From contig JAQGDQ010000168.1 of NCBI GenBank assembly GCA_030141605.1, positions 310,001-374,000 on the forward strand: a stretch of 64,000 bases of DNA, read 5' to 3'. This DNA is from Tubiluchus corallicola (lineage: Eukaryota > Animalia > Priapulida). Of the stretch, positions 55,008-64,000 are shown one piece after another (position 1 is the stretch's first letter; each line of letters starts with the position of its first letter). The position numbers and the translations under genes are program-made. The notes beneath the pieces are model-generated. The model saw only the letters and a list, made by a program, of their open reading frames with translations, ran no database searches and had not been told where the DNA came from.

Positions 55008-58000
55008 TGCGTGCGTGAGTATGTGTGTCTGTGTGTGTGTGCTTGGGTGCGTGTATGCTTGCAAACAAAAATCATCCATAAGTCGGCATAGTTAAAACTC
55101 CGTTATAATGCTTCAAAGTAGAATGCAGCAAAAATTTGGTAAAATGTCAATTTTTTGTTTTTTATAAAACAACTGCTATATATATTTTATATTCTAGTAT
55201 CAGAGTGACAGGAAAATCTTCAAAAAGTACTAAAAATTTAATTTTATAACCCCTTTCACACTTCTCAGTCTAAAAGCAAATACTGCAATTGTGAAAAACT
55301 CGTATTTTCAAGCTCCTACAGTAACTCATGAAAGCAGTTTTTTGCTTACTGTTTTTTTTTCTTTTACCAAGCTCAGATCTTCATCTAGAAGAGCCATCTA
55401 CTGGACTAAAACATAACTCCAATGTGCTCTTGTATCCATAGCAATATTTATGTGGTTGCTAAGTGTTTTGTGGAAATGCTTCAAAAAACAATGGTTGACT
55501 TTAACAGCAATTTTCTCAAGGTTAGGCTTTCAGTGTATAGCATGAACCTCAACTTCAACGTGAACTTAGAAATAACATAGAGCAATGAACTTTGTATCAA
55601 AATGATCCACATGAAAGGGAGATTCAGGATACGTGTATAATAAGAAAAGCTTAATTGCCGACTTATGGACGATTTTGCTACCCAAGCACTCACTCACGCG
55701 CGCGTTAACACACACACACGCACATGCACACCCACACGCACACACACACACACACTCATATATATGCTGATCTTGCATTTTTTGGTGATGTTTAGATTGA
55801 TAATATCAGGTTTAAAGCCCCACCCACCATCTTGCAAAAGCCTGCTGCTACAGGGCCTCATGTCTTAATTACTTTTATAGTGTGTATGACATTTACTCCC
55901 TAAAAGAAATAAAGCAAATAGTTACTAAAGTATACTTTAAAAAGTAGCTTTCTCAGTGGGCACTCAACTATTTACTAACAAACCTCAACAATGTTTAACT
56001 TTGTAATAAGCACACCACCATTATCACTCAGCTATTCCCAAAGGCTCAAAAATTACAGATTTATTTTAGTGCTAGCAAAGTTTCACTGCCACTTGATGCT
56101 TGCACGTGTCCAGAGCACCAATCATCAGTGCTGCCATCTGAACACATCTCTGCCTTTATGATTAAATTTGGAGTATAGGTCAGGTCTTACCTGAAATGTC
56201 ACCAAGAAGCTCCTGCAATAATCGTCTTTCTATGGTTTGGTAAGTGATGCCTACGACATGACAGATAACTAGAAGAAATTGGGAAGAAGTTCAGCATTTG
56301 TATCTAATAAATTGCATAGAATGTATCCACAGCATAAGTAAAAAATAATAGAGAAGCGTAAGAATCTTTACAATGCCTACAGGACCAAATAATAAATGCT
56401 ATTCGAACACTCCTATACTCCATTCATACATTTATAAATTAAAACTAAATGAAAAACAGACAAAAAATATTGTTATTTTCATAAAAAACCATGAGAAACT
56501 AGCTTAAAGATCATTACACAATACGGTTATTAATTTTGATTCGTAAGTGATAGAAAAATCCAAACAAAGGAATTTAGCTAAAGTAAACATGATGGTAAGC
56601 AAATCTAAAGCATTAGCTCTTAAGTAAGACTCAAAGGTACTTACATTTCCGTATGGAATCTTCAAACCACGCAATACCAGCTATTGTAGCTGGAACTTCT
56701 CTGATATGTCGCTAGAAAATAGCAAAAAAATTAAGCATGGAAGAAACTACAATTATTTAGGTTACGGAACACGTGAAGCTCTCATAACATATGCAAATAA
56801 AACAGAGTGCCTGGACTCTCCAGTCAAAACATTTTATGCGAAAGTTAACTATATTTTCATCTGGTGAAAAAATGCATCATGTATTTAGTAACAATTTGCA
56901 TTAGAAAGTAACTACAACAGGGCAGGAGGCATTTCCTTTTCCAGAAGCAATATGAATTTTACATACACCACTTATTCCTACATATTAGCCTTTGTGGTAT
57001 TTAACAGCTTGGTGTTTTTGACACAAAATTCTTTATGGTTTAAATAATTTTTGCTGAAATCAAAGAGCAAATCTTTCAATGTAAAAACGACACCTATATT
57101 GTATGCAAATATATGCAACAGTATGCACTGCACAGCTGTTAAACAGAGGTGAATATTCTAGATTTGGTGTGCAGTGCTGATGTCAAGCACTTGGCAGAAC
57201 AATCACACGTTTCTAGAATGGCATATTGAGATGTCTTACCCAAAATTCTCTAAATTTACATGTTTCAAGAAGGTCAGCTAGAAGCATTATTGTAGCAATG
57301 GGTTGTTCTTCTAGCTAAACACAAGAAGTTAAAGAATAAAAATATAGCTATATAGACTAGAACAAGCTAACTCAAAGAGCAAATACATGCTCTTAATAAA
57401 TATGGTCTTACACTAACTGGCCTAATTTTGAAAAAAAATTACATTACATCTCAGATCACATGCTTCTTACATATTAACACATTCAGCTCAAACTTTAAAA
57501 TTCTGATACCCAAGGTTACTTTGTCTTTACGGAGTTTAAGCCGACATTACTCATTTACAGGCTGCACAGATGAAATCAAATATACAAAAATGTTATAAAC
57601 TGCTAGAAAACAATAAAAATATAAATTTTGTTTTAGTTTTTAGCAGTGGAAAAAATTTCAGACAAATTTTAACTTTGTCCATTAAAGTCCAAGATATTTG
57701 TAATGTACTGAACATGAATCATAAAAAAATTAGAAACTTGTTTGCATTAAATTGCAACTAAAAGCTAAGAAATTTATACCATAAATTACTATTATTATTA
57801 TTATTATTATTATTATCGATAATTATTGCAGGTGTGAAATGGTAACTTAGTTAAAAAGGATACGTGCGTCTGATCAATGAGACACTTGCAAAGCACAAAA
57901 TCAGTATGCGGAAGATTGGTAAGTGCTTTGAGCAGTATGAGAGCTGTAACAGACGTTTGGAAATAACTGGAGTTGAACTGATACCTGCAAACATATAAAT

Positions 58001-60651
58001 CGCCATGAAGTTAGTAATAAATTTTACACAATGAAAAATCAATGTAATTACATCAAACACAGAAATGAACAACACATAAACTTCTTGTAAAAAATAACTG
58101 AAGCTGTGTAATTTATATATAATTTAAATTCACTTACAGCTTTAATACAGCTAAATTGGCCTCCAAATCATATGTGTTTTCCCTGGCCTGCATCTCAATG
58201 TAGCGCTCTAGTGTGGGTAAATTTTCGGGATTATACCTGTATTGTAAAAGTGCAAAAAAGCCCAACTAATCAACAATACTAAAGTAAATGTAAATTTTTT
58301 ATACAACACAAAAAATCTCTTTTTTAATGTTTAAGCTTTGCTCTTTGTTGGATATATCCTGTAAATTAATAAGCAAAAACACTACCAATATCATGCAAAC
58401 TTTCTACAACAAGAAATGCATTACTTACATTTACTATAGCTTTAAAGAGACCTTCCTATTCTCATCCATAATTTATTTAAGTATAATATACAATTTTATT
58501 TATTTACCTTAAATTGTGTTAAGTATTTAATGCTATTATCTATAATAATTAAACTTAGTGTCAGGTGCCAACTCATCACCCCTCTAATAATGGCAAGTTT
58601 ACGCCTCATCGTTGGAACCCAGGAATAAAGCCACCATTGCTCATTTCTGGAAAACAATACCAATCTCTGAGGACTGACGATCTGTTTTACTCCAACAGAA
58701 TCTATAGCTGCAATGATAAAACTTTTGTTCGGCTACACCCTACTCACTGTATCTGCTAGCTGAATTTAATATGAAACACATTAAATTAAAAGATCTGTCA
58801 TCCAATAATATGTGCAAAATATCTTAAAGTACTTATAGCATTTTATAATTATTATAGCATTACTGTGTATCTCTATGTGTTGAACAATAAAAAATAAGTT
58901 GTGGAGATTTTTCCTGAATTTCAAAGATGATGACACCGGGTGGCAACAGTTTAGGGCAGGTATAAGGTGTGAGTGTAGACAGTGACGTGGCAAAGCTTAA
59001 TGAGTGAGTTAAGGTGCTAATTTTTGTTATTGTGTTTGCTAAATATTTATATATTTCTTCTTGTCTTAATGCTACATGTCTTTCATCTTTGAGCCATATA
59101 ATTTTCAACTTATTTTGCTCAAACTCTAGACGTATGCTTCTCTTAATTTGCAGATTAAACAATAATACTACAAAAGTAGTTACATAAGTTCTGAAAGTTC
59201 TCTAATGCAGCACCCCGCTAATTAAAGTCACGCATCTTACAGCTGACACAGAAGATCAGTGGCGGCTTGTGTATAAGTACTGTGGAACTGCAGCAACCCC
59301 CATTTTTACTGGATATTATCGATAATATTCAATATAATAAGCTTCTTTCCTTAGTTCTTTCTTTACACTTGTATGGAACCAGAGCACATCGAGCTCATGA
59401 GGGCAGTACTGTTGCTTCACAGCCCAGCACAGTGTGTGTTTGGCTGTTGTGCGCATGCTGCACTGCTAGCATCTGCTGCTAGGCAGAGAAAGTAGGGTCA
59501 CTCACACAGTTTGTTGTCAGTTGTCACGTGCTTAAAAATTGTATACCGGCATATTCTTGAACTGGTCAATTTAAGCTATTTGTAAGCAAAATTTTTTTTG
59601 GTTAAGATTTTATCAAGTTTATGTATAAATTTTCGCACATTTGTTTGTTTAAAATTATAACACTAAAATTACATATATTTGTTTCATTTTACACAGTAGT
59701 GAAACAATGGCTAAAAATTTTCTGAAGCAGTACCCTCACTAATTCTAACTACGAGCCGTCACTGCAGAAGATAAATAATTGTAACTAGTCAAACATCACC
59801 AGCACTTCAGCAGCAGCTTCTGTTTTTACAAATAGCTGATTAAGTTGCAGTCACCATGCCAGCCACTTCCCAAAATAAAACAATGCTCCTGGAGTGCATT
59901 TATTCGATGATCATGATTAGGTCTCCAAAGTTTGTGGTAAATTAAGATCGAGGCAAAATATAGAATGTGCCTCATTTACACCGGCAAAATAAAAAATGCT
60001 TCGTTTGTGCTGTCAATGGACATAGTTACATTGCATTACAAGTGTGATGCACACACATGTAACGAAGTACTAGTGTTTTCACTAGTATTCCCTTGAGGGA
60101 ACTTCCCCTGGTACAGGGAGTAGCAAACCTGCCATAAGAAGTTTCTGCACAGTGCACATAGTATCTTCAAATTCATTTCAGCAATCACCTCTTTCCCAGA
60201 TGCCTAGTATTCATATATCCTTTAACCATCCTAACAATTTTTCGTGTATTAAATGCAATGGTGGCTCGTGTATAGTACTGTGAAACTGCAGCACCTCCAT
60301 TTTCACTCAATATTATCGATAATATTCAATATAATAAGTCTTTCTTATTTAGCTCTTTTTTATACTTGTACAGAACTATAGCTACGAGCCGCACTGATTA
60401 AATTATTAACATGCGTGCACACACACCGTGCAGTCTTCACGTTAAAACTAGACTATATTGGAACAAGGATTATTTCGTCACTTCAGAATAAAGTAGCACT
60501 TAGCCACAAGTAAGTAATTGTTTTAGCTAGTTATCATTACTCAGTATTCACTGTTAAGTGAATACACAACAAATTAAATATGGCTTAAGTCTAATTACCT
60601 ATCTATTCCTTTCAAAAGAGATGCAATATGTGCACGCATTGCCTCCGCCAT
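54135..60651 (-). CDS. EIF3K: Eukaryotic translation initiation factor 3 subunit K, 215 aa
   Basis: Eight exons missed by the ORF track: 60651-60599, 58236-58138, 57984-57864, 57314-57240, 56711-56645, 56268-56191, 54699-54577, 54166-54135. Translation [107 protein letters not shown] closely matches eIF3k as I recall it. Minus-strand AATAAA at 54001-53996. Confidence 0.97.
54947..55042. repeat. (GT)n microsatellite
   Basis: Read directly from the sequence. Confidence 0.95.
57315..57863 (-). other. U12-type (minor spliceosome) GT-AG intron, EIF3K intron 3
   Basis: 5' splice site GTATCCTTT (U12 consensus). Branch sequence TTCTTTAAC (consensus TTCCTTAAC) ends 13 nt before the intron 3' end. 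Confidence 0.9.
59257..59764. mobile_element. hAT-type MITE (508 bp) in EIF3K intron 1
   Basis: TIRs CAGTGGCGGCTTGT / ACGAGCCGTCACTG. Perfect 8-bp target-site duplication CAGAAGAT at 59249-59256 and 59765-59772. Confidence 0.9.
60256..60396. mobile_element. Internally deleted copy (141 bp) of the same hAT MITE family
   Basis: Ends CAATGGTGGCTCGT / ACGAGCCGCACTG. Shares ATATTATCGATAATATTCAATATAATAAG with 59257-59380. Flanks ATTAAATG / ATTAAATT give a 7/8 TSD. Confidence 0.82.
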
Positions 60652-61961
60652 TGTGAAGAGAATGAAACAGCCGCGCCACCTCTTGAGTGAAGCTGATATT
60701 TGTTATTAGATTCGTTGGTACTTTCAAACAGCATTAGAGCAGCAGCTTGTAAACGAAAAAATTACTTTTCTAATTATTGGATTGAATTATAAAAATTTCA
60801 AAAGCCCAATAAAACTTAAAAACGTAAAAATAAAAAGGAAAACCAAAACAGGATGTTCATTTTGACAATAGTTGTTTATTATTTACCAATATAATTATGA
60901 CCATTCTAGGATCTAAGTTATTGCCAAAATTAATACATTGGTTAGTAATAAAGGCCTGCAGGTCTGTTCTAGCGTAAATAAACTTAACCATTGAAGTCTA
61001 GTGGTCATGGTTTTGGCTTTTAAAGCAAACAGGGTGGTTCAGTCTTAGCTTTTCTCATTTTCTTCTTTTTAGTCATATTCAGTTTCACAAATTCAGTTAT
61101 TGTAAATCAATAATATTGAAATCATGGTTACACACAAATGGTATAATAATTTTGCGTCAATATGTATAAATAATAGGCTTGCTAATTTCTAGAAATTCAC
61201 CTACATGTATGACGTTACTGATAGCCTTTCATAAATTTTTAATATACTTTCTCACTTTCTTATTATCTTACTTTTCCTGTTCATAGTGGTCTTGCAGTTT
61301 TTCAGTTAACTAAACAAATAGTTTTTACAGTTTTTGACTAAAAACACAAAAGATATCCAATGATCAAGGAGATGGTAACAGTTGACGGTTAAGAGAAGTT
61401 CGTTTACTAAACTGCACTTCATTTATTATTTCTTGGGCAAAAATCTGCTTCACTACAAGACACATACTGTTATTTTAAGCAAACACTGAGTTTATTGTAA
61501 TATCGATCATAGAGCAACTTCTAGATACAATGACAATATTGTAAATTTCATTTAGTAAAGATAGTAAGTAATTGGTAACAAACCTATCGAAATTAATCCG
61601 TGCAAAAGTCTCAATTTTTGCAACTAAATTACAAATATTGCTGATCCAAAATACTCAGGACTATTTCATTATACCGATGTGCACACATGTAGGTCAAATT
61701 TCTCTCATTGATTTTTTAAGTTTGTTAGAGAAAGAATTATAACAAATAGGCTATAATATAAAGCACCAAATGACGGCAAACAAACTGTTATGTTAAAATT
61801 TTGCGATACTGGCAATTAACTGCTCTATGATACATTCAGTACTCAAAAATGGGCAAAAATAAACAAAAGTAAGTGTAAACGTATAAGTACTTTCACATAT
61901 TGCTACACATTTCGTTAATTTAAATATTTCTACTTGTATTTGTATAGAAAACAATGAAGAT

Positions 61962-61963
<2 letters not shown>

Positions 61964-62015
<52 letters not shown>
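61964..62015. repeat. (TAA)n microsatellite
   Basis: Read directly from the sequence. Confidence 0.95.
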
Positions 62016-62016
<1 letters not shown>

Positions 62017-62191
62017 TAAATAAATGATCATATTAATTACATGGAATCACATAAACTAATTTACAAATTTGTCATTTAAAAAAGTAAATTTTGCTTTTGG
62101 CACTCTGGGTAATCTTTAATTGGGCTTTACAGTGAATATGTGTGTTTGCTATAAAACTGAATGAAAAATTTAGTGTCGCCATTAAAAACAC

Positions 62192-63047
62192 TCATCCACG
62201 CAAAATAAGAGTTCTACAACTACACCTTGATACAAATTTAACACTTTTTCTCGTAAATTTTTTGGTTGCTTCAGGACACACTAATATCACACTCTTCCAC
62301 TGGTATTCTTCAGGTGCGCAAGTGGAACAAGACTCGAAGTTTCTATGTCCTTTAACAGAAAAATGGCCTTTCTTCGGCACGTAGAAAGAGTTGCATTGAC
62401 CATAGCAGAATTTGTTGACGACATGTGAGGCATTTCTTATGGCGAAGTTTGTTAACAACATAACCGATTTTACACCATCCTGGTGAAATAGAACTTTTCT
62501 GATCTACCACGAGACCCCTGCTGCTTGGAGACACTAAAAGACCGGCTTGTCCAATTGGTTTTTTATCTACGAAAAATAAAGATTTTATTTATTCATTAAA
62601 AATCCATTTTCCATTCAAAAAATGTAAATACCGTTTGTGCTGCTACTTTCCCTTGGTTACTGCAAATTATTACACCCAAGAAGTTTTTTACAGCAACACA
62701 TAAGTGTGTTACCAAATGCATTTTAGACGGTCTCTATGACAGGAAAAATGAATTTGATTAATTAGCAATAACAATTCCATTAAAAATTACAGATTTATGA
62801 TTATTTTACTACCACTTAATTCTTTACATTTTGTCCGGTATCTGAACGATTTGTCTGGTTCAGCGTACAAAAATCCGTTGGGTCCTTTCCGCTCTAAATT
62901 CGTCTGCAGAACGAACGCTTCTCTTGGTGCTTCTTTCTTCTTATATTTCGCTGATCGTTCTATCTTTTTGTTGCCGCCAGCCATGACCGTGATGCAAAAT
63001 AAAAAAACTTGGAGAATATACAGGAAATTTATGATTACAAATTTCAT
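62192..63047 (-). CDS. GREM1: Gremlin-like DAN-family BMP antagonist; reading frame interrupted by a frameshift at ~62426
   Basis: Exon 63047-~62813 encodes a signal peptide (MKFVIINFLYILQVFLFCITVMAG); the donor is ambiguous among three phase-1 GTs at 62809-62828. Exon 62566-62192 reads SSRGLVV...WCKIGYVVNKLRHKKC in one frame and VVNKFCYGQCNSFYVP...FESCSTCAP...LVCPE...SRCSC in the next, giving the 9-Cys DAN knot. Could be a pseudogene, null allele or assembly indel. The symbol denotes the GREM1/2 subfamily. Confidence 0.88.
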
Positions 63048-64000
63048 CCTTTCAGGAAACTACGTTGAGCACTTGAGCAATTTTGTAGAGCTTCAAAGTA
63101 AACCACAAGATATATAATTCACATCCAAGAGATATTAAACTGCTTGAAGCACGCGATCTTGGTAATTACTCTAGTAAACATCAATGCCTGTGTAGCCTTT
63201 GAGGCTTGAGTTAACCTATGATGTAAATTTCCAAGCACCAGTAGGCTAATGAAAATTTAAAATATAATAAATTTGGCCGTAAATAGATTTAAAGTTTCGT
63301 TTTAGTGAAACGCCGTTTTTTCTAATTTGTTAATTGTTTACGTCCTTCCAGTTGTTCAGTCTTTACAGGCGAAACTGAAGCAGCTTTGTTTTCATTTCAG
63401 TTGTATTAAAAGACTGATTCGAGACATGAAAAGACTCCATAAACCGCTACGTAGTGAACACACATAGACAAGCTTTATGAAAATTCTTCTCGGTCGCAAA
63501 GTTTCACTTTCCTTGATATAATAGTCCTTTCCTATAATAGTCCTTTTCCACAAAGTCAAGTAGCGCTGAACGGTTCTTCCGTATGTTAATTCACCATATG
63601 CATCTGTGTAACTCAAGTACCGAAAACCTGAAATCGTGAATCACTTCTGAAAACCAGAACAAACTGCAAAGCTGAAATGTAATGTCTTGCATTTTCGCTA
63701 TACACAGAGCATCCCTGTTTTTGCCTGGCGTCCTGTTCCGCTGCATAGCATGTGGAAACTAATTACGACATAGACCATAATGGAAGTGCTTACAGTCGGC
63801 AGGATGTTTATTAAATACTCAATAGTTAGGCCTGTTAGCAGCTAGATATTAAAGATCATAGGGCTTCTTCATAAGGAAGTTATGAAAGATAGGCTATGAA
63901 CTCACATGTGCCTTGGCTTGTTTAAGTTTTAGCTGCCCGGGCGTCTCTGCTGAAATGTTTAACAGCAGAAATTTCTTACAGTACGTAGATAGAGCCACTT

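Noticed and set aside
60060-60125. Intron-embedded RNase P or MRP RNA
   Set aside because: GGGGAAGTTCCC is only loosely CR-I-like and I found no matching CR-V/P4 partner; kept as an unidentified structured element.

Overview
AT-rich, intron-rich DNA from an invertebrate animal; most ORF-track entries are spurious or exon fragments. I rebuilt five spliced genes by hand from splice sites, phase compatibility and remembered family motifs: (1) the 3' part of an NRF-6/OACYL-like acyltransferase-3 gene (+, 1342-9494); (2) a complete tandem paralogue (+, 14767-28930, 15 exons, ~817 aa); (3) isthmin (-, 49240-29685, TSP1 + AMOP); (4) EIF3K (-, 60651-54135, 8 exons, one U12-type intron); (5) a gremlin/DAN-family BMP antagonist (-, 63047-62192) with a frameshift inside its cystine knot. 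Repeats include a decayed CR1-clade LINE between the acyltransferase paralogues, hAT and TTAA/Kolobok-type MITEs, Helentron-type elements, a Penelope-like inverted repeat with a minimal hammerhead core, SINE fragments and microsatellites. The most unusual items are a 17 x 52-bp minisatellite built from an isthmin 5' splice site (each unit reads GTAAG...AAG), the gremlin frameshift, a dense hairpin cluster and a snoRNA-like island in EIF3K introns, an apparent gene-conversion tract between the paralogues, and possibly ancient ISM-EIF3K-GREM linkage. There is no CRISPR array. No database searches were run.
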